From positions 227,688 through 291,687 of the IMG/VR virus record IMGVR_UViG_3300042566_001780: DNA of 64,000 nt. One strand, given 5' to 3'. A model generated the notes under the pieces. It did no database searches and was not told the origin of the DNA. It was given only the letters and a program-made list of their open reading frames with translations. The translations under genes were made by a program, and so were the position numbers. Below, piece by piece: positions 32,889 through 41,629 of the stretch. The stretch's first letter is position 1, and the number at the start of each line of letters is the position of its first letter.

Positions 32889-33503
32889 TTCAAGAGAAGT
32901 TAAGTAATTGTTAGAACAATCAAAACTACCACCTACTTCTTTTGGAGCACCCTTAAGGGTTTCTAATTTGTTATATGCACAATCAAAATTACTGCCAACA
33001 AATCTAGGGCTTCCCTTAAGTGAGACTAAACTATTTCTACTACAATCGAAAATTCCTCCTACTTCTCGCGGAGCCCCAACTAATGAAGTAAGAAAGTTTC
33101 GCATGCACAAAAAATTTCTTCCTACTTCTAGCGGTCCGCCAATCAAGCTAGACAAATTATTGTATGAACAGTTGAAAATTCCATCAACTTCTTGTGGTGC
33201 TCCTTCTAAAGAAGTCAATTCATTATCGCTGCAATTGAATGATCCACCTACTTCTCTTGGTGACCCTTTTAGTGATTTGAGGTATCCACCAAAGAATCTA
33301 AATGATCCTGTAATTTTGCCAAATTGGATTGGCAAATATTCAAAATGCACATTGGATCCAAAATCAACGTCCCCATCAACATCTACAGTTAGATCACTAT
33401 TGATATGGTAATTGATGAAGCCATATTTTTGTATCCATGCTTCAACTTCTTCTCGCGTCTGAAGAAATTGAGATTGATTTTCAAATAATTGTTTTAGCTT
33501 CAT
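32862..33503 (-). CDS. 22-aa LRR protein, C-terminally truncated by IS607
   Basis: About 7 repeats, stops mid-repeat (APKEVGE*) at the IS right end; starts MKLKQLFEN. Confidence 0.8.
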   Translation of the reverse strand: MKLKQLFENQSQFLQTREEVEAWIQKYGFINYHINSDLTVDVDGDVDFGSNVHFEYLPIQFGKITGSFRFFGGYLKSLKGSPREVGGSFNCSDNELTSLEGAPQEVDGIFNCSYNNLSSLIGGPLEVGRNFLCMRNFLTSLVGAPREVGGIFDCSRNSLVSLKGSPRFVGSNFDCAYNKLETLKGAPKEVGGSFDCSNNYLTSLEGAPKEVGE

Positions 33504-34063
33504 TCTTCATTTCCAATGAACTGGCCTTCAACATGCTCTGCATCACTCATTATTTCAGCTACATCAATTTTGGTTTCATAGAAATAGACATCACCACCAA
33601 TGTGTTTGCTTATTCCATAAGATGAAGCCAAATCTCTATTTGAACTACAATCAAAATCTCCGCCAACAAATTTAGGACTTCCCTGAAGATCTGTTAATTT
33701 ATTTCTACTACACATAAATGATTTGCCGACTTCTCGTGGGGCACCTTTTAGGCGATACAGACTATTGCTAGATGCATTAAAAGATCCGCCCACTTCTCTG
33801 GGTGATCCTTCCAGCGAAGTTAATCCAAATCGTGTGCATGAAAAACCACCGGTCACAGTTCTCCATCTAAATGGAAAATTATCTTGTGGATTCAGCAATG
33901 GAATGAAAGTTACATTTCCATCAACGCTAACTGAGAAATCTTCATGAATTTCATAGGATCCGTCGACTAGAACAACCCGTCTAGATTTGATTAAGTCATC
34001 TATCTCTTCTTTTGTCTGAAGAAATTGAAGATTAGTATTTTCAAATAATTGTTTTAGCTTCAT
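33500..34063 (-). CDS. 22-aa LRR protein
   Basis: LTSLEGSPREVGGSF repeats; first codons (MKLKQLFEN) shared with the neighbouring gene. Confidence 0.8.
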   Translation of the reverse strand: MKLKQLFENTNLQFLQTKEEIDDLIKSRRVVLVDGSYEIHEDFSVSVDGNVTFIPLLNPQDNFPFRWRTVTGGFSCTRFGLTSLEGSPREVGGSFNASSNSLYRLKGAPREVGKSFMCSRNKLTDLQGSPKFVGGDFDCSSNRDLASSYGISKHIGGDVYFYETKIDVAEIMSDAEHVEGQFIGNEE

Positions 34064-34087
34064 TTTGTATCAATAGTGATTATTTTC

Positions 34088-34121
34088 TATTTAGCTCATT
34101 AGCTCTCAAAATTGCTAAATA
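34088..34121. promoter_or_regulatory. Divergent pair of late promoters (CTAAATA on - at 34088-34094 and on + at 34115-34121)
   Basis: Between the divergent LRR operon and the ATPase gene. Confidence 0.7.
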
Positions 34122-34149
34122 GTCAAATCACACAACTCTCTTGAAAATC

Positions 34150-35787
34150 ATGGTAAAACTCACTCTATCTGAATTCTTAGTCGAAGAGCAATTCTCTTCA
34201 GATGACGCCGATCGTCTTCTTTCAGTCATGCAACGTAGACTTCCTAAACTATTAGGTCAAAAAATCTATCGCCATGGTGGATCTAATGGCTTTGTTTCTT
34301 TAGGTTCTTCTGCTAAAGCTGCACTTTACTTCTTTGGTGATCGCGCCTTCCAAATCAAACTTAAAGGTTCTACTTTAGCTGGCATTGATGTTTGGGACAA
34401 ATTTGCGCTGAATCGCGGCCCAAGCTACTCTATTGATTTGTCTAAGCTAAATGCTGGATCTATTTTAGCTTCCATTTCTCGTTTGGCTGACCTCATCTTA
34501 GACCCGGTTGAAGGAAAGATTGAAGCTGAAGTTGTAAATGAGTCAATTCAACTCGATGAAATGGCTAAACGAGTATCTGATGTAGACTTCTTCAACATGG
34601 TCAAATCCGCCTTTGGTGAAGATGGTGCTAAGAAAGTATCATGGGATCAAATTAAGCAGGTTGCCGATACGAATGACGTTCTTATTCCTGGTTACATTCG
34701 TTCGCAGAAAATTGGTCGCGGTCTGTGGGATGCTACTCCAAAAGCTTCTACTGGATCTGAAAGCGCTGAAGCAAAAGAAGAGCCGAAAAAGCCAGCAAAA
34801 GCAGCACCTGTTTTGTACATCAAAGTGACTGCGCAAGATCCCGAAACTAAGAAGTTCATTAGCACCGGTGACAGCAAAGAAGCTCAGGCATTAATGGGAC
34901 AAATTCAAACTGCATTGCAAGCTGAACCCTCTAAAGCTGAACTAAAAGATCCAGAAACTTTGTATGGCCACATGGCGCAATTAGTTGATATGATTGCCAA
35001 GGCGCAATTAAGATCACTAATCATCACCGGGGGGCCTGGAAGTGGTAAGACCTATACTATCATGCAAGTGATTGAACAAAATAATCTTTTAAAAAACAAG
35101 GATTACGTTAAGCTTTCAGGCAAAGCAAGCCCTATCGAAATCTATAAGACCCTGTTCATGTATCGCGAAGGTGGCTTAATAGTTTTTGATGATCTTGATA
35201 GCATGTGGCGTAATGAAGATGCCACCAACATTTTAAAGGCGGCTTTAGATTCTTCTCCGGTTCGTGAAATTTCCTGGGTATCAACTCAAACCATTAACGT
35301 CTCACGAATGCCAGATGACAAAAAGCAAGAGCTCTTCAAGATGATTGATAAGCAGATTGATGGTACTGATGAAGACATTGACGATTTCTTAGGTGATGAT
35401 GAGGAAGATGGTAAGGAATCGAAAAAGTCTAAGAAGCGTGTAGTAGATACCAAGATTCGTTATCCATCTACATTTGATTTCAGAGGTCGTGTTATCTTTA
35501 TTTCCAATTTGAAGCCAGAAGATCTTGATTCTGCAATTATGTCACGATCTACTAAGATCAATATGGACATGACGCCAGAACAAATCCTTATGCGTATGCG
35601 TTCTATTCTCCCAAAGCTTGGAGGTACTGACGTTCCACTAGATAAGAAGGAAGAACTTCTTGATCAACTGATTGCTATGCATGGTCGTAAAGAAATTACT
35701 GCAGTAACTATGCGTGAATTTACCAAGGGTCTTGACATTGTTAGATCAGGTGCACCAAACTGGCGGGACCTCCTAATTTATATGTGA
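34150..35787 (+). CDS. P-loop/AAA ATPase with N-terminal extension and capsid-targeting-like leader
   Basis: GGPGSGKT, IVFDDLD, ILKAALDS, FRGRVIFISN; starts MVKLTLSEFLVEE; paralogue of 59658..60650. Confidence 0.8.
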   Translation: MVKLTLSEFLVEEQFSSDDADRLLSVMQRRLPKLLGQKIYRHGGSNGFVSLGSSAKAALYFFGDRAFQIKLKGSTLAGIDVWDKFALNRGPSYSIDLSKLNAGSILASISRLADLILDPVEGKIEAEVVNESIQLDEMAKRVSDVDFFNMVKSAFGEDGAKKVSWDQIKQVADTNDVLIPGYIRSQKIGRGLWDATPKASTGSESAEAKEEPKKPAKAAPVLYIKVTAQDPETKKFISTGDSKEAQALMGQIQTALQAEPSKAELKDPETLYGHMAQLVDMIAKAQLRSLIITGGPGSGKTYTIMQVIEQNNLLKNKDYVKLSGKASPIEIYKTLFMYREGGLIVFDDLDSMWRNEDATNILKAALDSSPVREISWVSTQTINVSRMPDDKKQELFKMIDKQIDGTDEDIDDFLGDDEEDGKESKKSKKRVVDTKIRYPSTFDFRGRVIFISNLKPEDLDSAIMSRSTKINMDMTPEQILMRMRSILPKLGGTDVPLDKKEELLDQLIAMHGRKEITAVTMREFTKGLDIVRSGAPNWRDLLIYM

Positions 35788-35842
35788 AAGTAATAATTTA
35801 GTATTACTTTTAGATCGGCACAAAAGTAATAACTTCAATCTG

Positions 35843-35885
35843 AGCCCAGAATGTGTTATAATTTCGCATTCTGGGCTTTTTCTTT
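35843..35885 (+). terminator. Intrinsic terminator hairpin with TGtTATAAT in its loop
   Basis: AGCCCAGAATG/CATTCTGGGCT stem followed by a U-tract. Confidence 0.65.
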
Positions 35886-35894
35886 GCTTGAAAT

Positions 35895-36080
35895 ATGCGC
35901 AACACTCTCCTCTTAATTATTACTGTTTGCACTATCGTGGGTGCACTTATTGGTCATGCATTCAGCTATCCCATTTTGGGTGCTATTTTTGGGTTCATGG
36001 CACTTCCTTTTGTGATAGGATCTATTGTGGTCGGCATTGCATGCATCATCAACTCATTTTCCAAAATTTTCAATCTATGA
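35895..36080 (+). CDS. Small membrane protein
   Basis: Two hydrophobic segments; ATGA overlap with the next gene. Confidence 0.55.
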   Translation: MRNTLLLIITVCTIVGALIGHAFSYPILGAIFGFMALPFVIGSIVVGIACIINSFSKIFNL

Positions 36081-36532
36081 GATTCTACTCACTTGTCAAT
36101 TATTACCTGTCTGATCTCCAGCGAGGGCTTCAGACTGCTCATGCAGTGTCTGAAATGTTAGTGGATCCTAAAAACTGCAAGGCAAAATTGCAGCACTATC
36201 ATCAATGGGCAAAAGATCATAAGACTATCATTATTCTGAATGGTGGCAATTCAAAGATGCTGCAGGAAAGCTATGATAATCTTTCTATTTGGTGTACTGC
36301 AGCGGGTTTGCCTATCACAAAATTCCATGAAGATGAGCAAAGCTTGAATTGCGCGTTAACTTGTGTAGGCCTGGTGTTGCCTGAAGAAATTTATGGTGCA
36401 AAACGTGCTTCAAATGATTTCATTAGTCATTATGAATTTAGAAATGCTGATGGCATTTGGATGAAAAATTATTATCCTGCAGAACCAGCATACCAAATTC
36501 TGGAAATCCTCAACAAATTCAAACTTGCGTAA
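36077..36532 (+). CDS. Peptidyl-tRNA hydrolase type 2 (PTH2)-like protein
   Basis: GLQTAHAV, W...KTIIIL, F.ED.....LTCVG pattern; ATG 36077. Confidence 0.55.
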   Translation: MRFYSLVNYYLSDLQRGLQTAHAVSEMLVDPKNCKAKLQHYHQWAKDHKTIIILNGGNSKMLQESYDNLSIWCTAAGLPITKFHEDEQSLNCALTCVGLVLPEEIYGAKRASNDFISHYEFRNADGIWMKNYYPAEPAYQILEILNKFKLA

Positions 36533-36544
36533 CAAGGAAAACAA

Positions 36545-37579
36545 ATGTCAAAAATTCTGATTACCGGCATGAATAAGCTTCAATGCACTGAAGACTTTTA
36601 TCTTGACCAACATTTGAAAGTCGTCCCGTCGCATTACTCTCTCATTCGCGCTCTTCGAGATATGGGGCATACTGTTGAGCAACGAATTGTGATGATAGGC
36701 GAAAATCTATCTGAATACGATCATGTAATTGTGTATATCCATAATCCTGCAGGGTTTGCCGGATTTGTATACAATGCCCTGTATACCATTTACACCCGGC
36801 CTGATTGCATTTTGGCATTTGATGATTGGCAAGTTGATAGCATTTATTCTGGTCTACTGTCTCTGAAAGATCCAGAAAAACTGTTTCGATCGTATGTTAA
36901 GGATGGGCATAAACACATTCCCGATCATATTGAAGATTACGAATCAATGATGATGAAAGCGCTCGACATCATTGATTCAAAAACTAACCGAATGATGATT
37001 TCGGCTTTTGCTGGCGGTGATCTTTCTAAGTTGATCGAATATCCAAGTAATCGCATTTTTAGTTATAATCCCAACCCGTATCATTTGAATCGACAGGGTG
37101 TCAAAGTAATCCCTGAAAATAAACAGAAAGTCTTTAACTTTGCTGGGCTGGTACAGGGCAAAACCGCCAGGTGGCTCAAATCCCAAAAGATTGGTGACAC
37201 TGGCTGGGATCTAAAAATGTATGGTTCCCGTAAAGATGGCCAAGACCGCGTCACTGAAGATGTGATGGTGAATATCTATGGGGAGCAATGGGGCATTTTA
37301 ATGCCGGGATATTTCCATGCCGGGTCGGGGTGGTGGAGGGCCCGTCCCCTACAGTCAGCCGATGCTGGTTCTATTTTGATTGGTGAATTTGCTGAAATGA
37401 TGGTTCTTTACCAAGATGAAGGTGCTGCTACGGTAAAGCCAGTTGATCTGATTAATCTTTCTACTAACGAACTTGCAGAGATTGCTGCTTATCAAAAAGA
37501 ATGCCTGTACAAAGCACATCCTTTGGATAAGAATGTCGAAAAAGAAGAACTCAATACCATTTTGAAGGCAGTAGTGTAA
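36545..37579 (+). CDS. Putative glycosyltransferase (GT-B-like), candidate nucleotide/DNA-modifying enzyme
   Basis: KILITG N-terminal strand, FNFAG, W+G.LMP.Y....SGWWRAR..Q..DAGSILI resembling a GT-B C-terminal domain; first gene of a sugar-nucleotide operon. Confidence 0.5.
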   Translation: MSKILITGMNKLQCTEDFYLDQHLKVVPSHYSLIRALRDMGHTVEQRIVMIGENLSEYDHVIVYIHNPAGFAGFVYNALYTIYTRPDCILAFDDWQVDSIYSGLLSLKDPEKLFRSYVKDGHKHIPDHIEDYESMMMKALDIIDSKTNRMMISAFAGGDLSKLIEYPSNRIFSYNPNPYHLNRQGVKVIPENKQKVFNFAGLVQGKTARWLKSQKIGDTGWDLKMYGSRKDGQDRVTEDVMVNIYGEQWGILMPGYFHAGSGWWRARPLQSADAGSILIGEFAEMMVLYQDEGAATVKPVDLINLSTNELAEIAAYQKECLYKAHPLDKNVEKEELNTILKAVV

Positions 37580-38593
37580 ATGAAAATTCTAGTTGTCGGC
37601 GCTGGTTTTTCTGGTGCGGTTATTGCTCGTGAACTGGCAGAAGCAGGTCATAATATTACTGTCATTGACAAGCGGGGTCATATTGCAGGAAATGCATTTG
37701 ACTTTAAAAATGACTATGGCATTCGTGTGCACAAGTATGGGCCTCATCTTTTTCATACAAATAATGAAACAGTGTTTGCCTATCTTAGCAAATTTACAAC
37801 ATGGATCCCGTATGAGCATAAAGTAAAAGCTATGTTAGCAGATGGCAGATATGTTACATTGCCCGTGAATAAAGAAACTGCTGAGATTGTAGGAAAAGAA
37901 AACATTGTCGATATTTTTATTCGCCCATATACTAAAAAAATGTGGGGGATGAGTATTGAGGAACTTGATCCTGAGATTCTACAGCGAGTTCCTATTCGTG
38001 ACGATATGAATGACAAATACTTTCCAAATGATCAATTCCAGTTTATGCCAGAAAATGGATATACTGAACTAATTAGGCAAATGCTACATCACGAAAATAT
38101 TTCTGTGCTGTTGGGCAAACCTTTTAGCAAGAAGTTGGAAGATGAATTTGATCACATCTTCAATTCAATGCCAATCGATGAGTATTACGATTTTTGTTAT
38201 GGCGAACTGCCATATCGATCTATCAAGTTTCATACTGTGGACCTCCCTGCTCCTAAGCTTTTGCCAACAACTACAGTAAACTTCACTCACAGCGGACCTT
38301 ATACTCGAGTTACTGAGTGGAAGAACATTCCAGGTCATGGAACAAATGATCAAATGACAACCTTAACTTTTGAGGAACCATGCGATTATTTGGACAATAA
38401 TAAAGAACGGTACTATCCGGTCAAAGATGCCTCTGGGAAAAATAGAGAAATCTATAAAAAGTATGAAGGTATTCTGAACGCGAAGACTACCTTTATTGGT
38501 AGATGCGGACTTTATGCTTACTTAGATATGCACATGGCAGTCAGTACCGCTTACTCCATTGCTAAACGATTTTTGAAAGAGCGAAATGGCTGA
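37580..38593 (+). CDS. glf: UDP-galactopyranose mutase family flavoenzyme
   Basis: VVGAGFSG, HKYGPHLFHT, YTKKMWG, LPYRS, YTRVTEWK, YYP, GRCGLYAYLDM. Confidence 0.9.
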   Translation: MKILVVGAGFSGAVIARELAEAGHNITVIDKRGHIAGNAFDFKNDYGIRVHKYGPHLFHTNNETVFAYLSKFTTWIPYEHKVKAMLADGRYVTLPVNKETAEIVGKENIVDIFIRPYTKKMWGMSIEELDPEILQRVPIRDDMNDKYFPNDQFQFMPENGYTELIRQMLHHENISVLLGKPFSKKLEDEFDHIFNSMPIDEYYDFCYGELPYRSIKFHTVDLPAPKLLPTTTVNFTHSGPYTRVTEWKNIPGHGTNDQMTTLTFEEPCDYLDNNKERYYPVKDASGKNREIYKKYEGILNAKTTFIGRCGLYAYLDMHMAVSTAYSIAKRFLKERNG

Positions 38594-38873
38594 TTTTATT
38601 CTGGTAGCGCAATCATTTCATAAAAATGCAGCAATTGCAGAAGTGCTAAATAAACGTGCAAAAGATGATCGAGTGATTGTTGTCACGAACAAAGAAGACG
38701 ATTCTAAATGGGAAGTTTTCTTTGAGCGTGTTTGTAAATGCTCAGTCTATCAATTCAGTCTTAGTGAAGAACTTCCGAAAACTCTGGAAGAAGCTTCTAA
38801 AAAGCTGAAAGACTTTCATCCCACGCAATTCACCCTAAACCAAGAATGTGTTTTTCTATATGATCCTGAATGA
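38586..38873 (+). CDS. Hypothetical protein in the sugar operon
   Basis: Overlaps both neighbours. Confidence 0.55.
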   Translation: MADFILVAQSFHKNAAIAEVLNKRAKDDRVIVVTNKEDDSKWEVFFERVCKCSVYQFSLSEELPKTLEEASKKLKDFHPTQFTLNQECVFLYDPE

Positions 38874-39327
38874 ATTGAAAAAACTGCAAGGCAAAAAAAT
38901 TGGATTTGTAGCAAGTTGTTTTGACTTGCTGCACGCAGGTCATGTAGCCATGCTTAGTGAAGCAAAGAATCATTGTGATTTTTTGATTGCTGCATTGCAA
39001 GTAGATCCGTGTGTTGATCGGCCACACAAAAATAAGCCAGTACAAAGCATAGTTGAGCGGCAACTACAGCTAGCATCATGTAGATTTGTGGATGACATCA
39101 TCATTTACCATACAGAAAAGGATCTAGAAGATCTTCTGCTGATTCTGCCTATAGATGTGCGTATTCTCGGCGTCGAATATCAGGATCTAGAATTCACCGG
39201 TAGACAAATTTGCATTGATCACGGAATTGAGCTTGTTTTCAATTCGCGAAATCATTCTTTTAGTTCAAGCGGTTTGCGGAAGCGTGTGCTTGAAGCTGAG
39301 CAAAAAGCTGCGACAAAAGTAGATTAA
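38860..39327 (+). CDS. Cytidylyltransferase (TagD/RfaE-II-like HxGH nucleotidyltransferase)
   Basis: CFDLLHAGH, KPVQSIVER, RNHSFSSSGLR. Confidence 0.87.
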   Translation: MILNELKKLQGKKIGFVASCFDLLHAGHVAMLSEAKNHCDFLIAALQVDPCVDRPHKNKPVQSIVERQLQLASCRFVDDIIIYHTEKDLEDLLLILPIDVRILGVEYQDLEFTGRQICIDHGIELVFNSRNHSFSSSGLRKRVLEAEQKAATKVD

Positions 39328-39881
39328 GCAAAAATCTTGTTTCCATCCCAGAAATAGAATTTTGCATCAGGGAAGACTCGAGTGTTTGAGTCTTCCGATC
39401 TAATTCCATTATCTTCGATCCACTCAAAGAACTCTTGAGAAAGATGTCTAGCTCTTTCTCCAGAAGATAGAAAAAGTTGAACCGGAATAGGGTCATTTCC
39501 ATTCATCAACAGAATGGCATCTGTTCTAGCACGGCCTTCGTGACTCACGACTTTCACGCTCTTGATACTATCATCTTCTTCGCGGGTGATTGACAAAATC
39601 AAGAATGGCGTAGCTATTGGTTCTCCACGTTTCATCATCTCAGCAAAGTTCCTTGCATCCTCTGTTCTATCTGTTGCAGTAGCTAAGGCCTTGAATGTAG
39701 TCGGTTTGATCCAAGCTACAGCTCCACGATAGAGGATGTTTTGTCCCATAGGTGTAGCTCCCATCCCGTTTTTGTTATCAAAGTTGACTTTGCCAACTTT
39801 GAACTTTTCGTTTACGTTCGATGGTGTAGCTTCTGGGAAATTTTCCTCTTCTAAGAGGTTCAAAAGTTCGCGTAAGATCAT
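39324..39881 (-). CDS. ParB-like fold protein with capsid-targeting-like leader
   Basis: PIATPFL...VVSHEGRAR; starts MILRELLNLLEEE; CTAAATA at 39913-39919 (-). Confidence 0.5.
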   Translation of the reverse strand: MILRELLNLLEEENFPEATPSNVNEKFKVGKVNFDNKNGMGATPMGQNILYRGAVAWIKPTTFKALATATDRTEDARNFAEMMKRGEPIATPFLILSITREEDDSIKSVKVVSHEGRARTDAILLMNGNDPIPVQLFLSSGERARHLSQEFFEWIEDNGIRSEDSNTRVFPDAKFYFWDGNKIFA

Positions 39882-39951
39882 AATTCTGTAGTACAATGCA
39901 TTCATTCTAAGTTATTTAGAATTTTTCAACCAACTTTGAAAGTTTTTACAA

Positions 39952-41040
39952 ATGTCTCATTTCATGAAGTCTGGCAATACATTCAAGATTGCCGCGGATG
40001 CAGCGCTTGATCTGTACGATCATCTGCCAGTTGGCACATATGTTGTCAAGCAGGACATGTTCAAGAACTTCTTCCTAGAAGCCATTGAAGATTTCAGCTT
40101 TTCTGGTAAGATTTACGGTGACACTGTAAAACAGCGTGAACGTATCTTCAACACGTTTGAGACTCGCAAAAACTCTACTGGCGTGCTGTTGACTGGTGAA
40201 AAAGGTAGTGGCAAAACCCTGCTGGCAAAACTGCTGGCTATTAAGGCTCATGAGTCTGGGATGCCAACGATTGTCATCAATACTCCGTGGTGTGGTGATG
40301 AATTCAACAATTTTATGCAGCTGATTTCTCAGCCGTGTATGGTTCTGTTTGATGAGTTTGAAAAAGTGTATGATAAGGATGAACAAGCTGCATTGCTGAC
40401 TTTGCTCGACGGTGTCTTTTCCAGCAAGAAGCTTTTTGTCCTTACCTGTAATGACAAATATCGCGTTGATACTCACATGCGAAATCGTCCTGGCCGCATT
40501 TTCTATTCGATGGATTTTGATGGACTCTCAATTGAATTCATTCAAGAATACTGCCAAGACAATTTGCACGACAAATCAAAGATTGATGGAATTTGCAAAG
40601 TGTCGATGGCATTTTCCAAGTTCAACTTCGATATGCTGCAGGCCATGGTTGAAGAAATCAATCGCTATGGTGAAACGCCGCAAGAAGCAATGCGTTATCT
40701 GAATGCGAAACCCGAGTATTCCGAATCCGTTATGTATGATGTTGCTCTCAAAGTTGATGGTGAACCTATCAAAATTGAGAATATTCAAGGACATAATCGA
40801 AAGCTTAACACCAATCCGCTGATTGTTCAACGAATCAATATCGATTATGAAGTTGTCACTATCGATAAAGATGGTGAAGAAGATACTGATTGGGAAGAAG
40901 CTCGATTTTCTCCAGCAGATCTGGTGAAGGTTGATATTTCTACTGGTACTTTTATGTTCAAAAATAGCATGGGCCAAGAACTCACCCTGTCTCGTGAAGT
41001 TGACAAAAGTACAAAATTTCATGAATTGCTGCTGGTATGA
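39952..41040 (+). CDS. AAA+ ATPase
   Basis: GEKGSGKT, VLFDEFEK, LLTLLDG, NRPGR. Confidence 0.88.
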   Translation: MSHFMKSGNTFKIAADAALDLYDHLPVGTYVVKQDMFKNFFLEAIEDFSFSGKIYGDTVKQRERIFNTFETRKNSTGVLLTGEKGSGKTLLAKLLAIKAHESGMPTIVINTPWCGDEFNNFMQLISQPCMVLFDEFEKVYDKDEQAALLTLLDGVFSSKKLFVLTCNDKYRVDTHMRNRPGRIFYSMDFDGLSIEFIQEYCQDNLHDKSKIDGICKVSMAFSKFNFDMLQAMVEEINRYGETPQEAMRYLNAKPEYSESVMYDVALKVDGEPIKIENIQGHNRKLNTNPLIVQRINIDYEVVTIDKDGEEDTDWEEARFSPADLVKVDISTGTFMFKNSMGQELTLSREVDKSTKFHELLLV

Positions 41041-41118
41041 AAGCATTCCTTATTTGGATTTCAATCGTAGCTCTTGCATTTCTGTCTAGCTATCTGTTGG
41101 TATTCAATTGAACGTGTG

Positions 41119-41140
41119 AAAAGGGTCTATAGACCCTTTT
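41119..41140 (+). terminator. Hairpin AAAAGGGTCTA/TAGACCCTTTT
   Basis: Perfect palindrome with T-tract. Confidence 0.6.
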
Positions 41141-41161
41141 CCTATTTGCGAAAGATGAATA

Positions 41162-41629
41162 ATGTCTTCTATTATTGAAGTTTCTGGTAATCTTTTAGAC
41201 ATAACTTCAGGCATGATCATTCACGGTTGCAATGCTCAAGGAGTAATGGGCTCTGGAATAGCGCTGCAACTTAAGAATAAGTACCCAGGGATGTTTTCTA
41301 CATATGTCAATGATGTTAACTTATGGTCTCAAAAAGGGACCCGGAGACATGATTGTTTAGGTGCAGTGTCTTGGCATATTGAAGGCGATCTTGTCATTGG
41401 AAGTTGCATCACACAGCTTTTCTATGGAAAAGACGGTGCAAAGTATGTGTCTTATGATGCTGTTGATTCATGCGCTATGGATGTGAATGCTATGTTGAAA
41501 TCTGGTGAATTTGCTGAGTTGCATATTCCAAAAATAGGAGCAGGACTAGGAGGTGGTAGTTGGAGTGTCATTAGTGAAATTTTGACACATCGTATCGAAG
41601 TACCTATTATTTGTTGGGTGAAAGAATGA
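41162..41629 (+). CDS. Macro domain protein (ADP-ribose processing)
   Basis: IIHGCNAQGVMGSGIA and PKIGAGLGGG.W. Confidence 0.88.
   Translation: MSSIIEVSGNLLDITSGMIIHGCNAQGVMGSGIALQLKNKYPGMFSTYVNDVNLWSQKGTRRHDCLGAVSWHIEGDLVIGSCITQLFYGKDGAKYVSYDAVDSCAMDVNAMLKSGEFAELHIPKIGAGLGGGSWSVISEILTHRIEVPIICWVKE

Noticed and set aside
29545-34063. LRR repeats as a diversity-generating retroelement target or CRISPR array
   Set aside because: No reverse transcriptase and no adenine-specific TR/VR pair seen; repeats are degenerate 66-nt coding units without spacers
35888-36076. N-terminal 63 aa of ORF 35888..36532
   Set aside because: Overlaps a better membrane ORF (35895-36080); the start at ATG 36077 fits translational coupling
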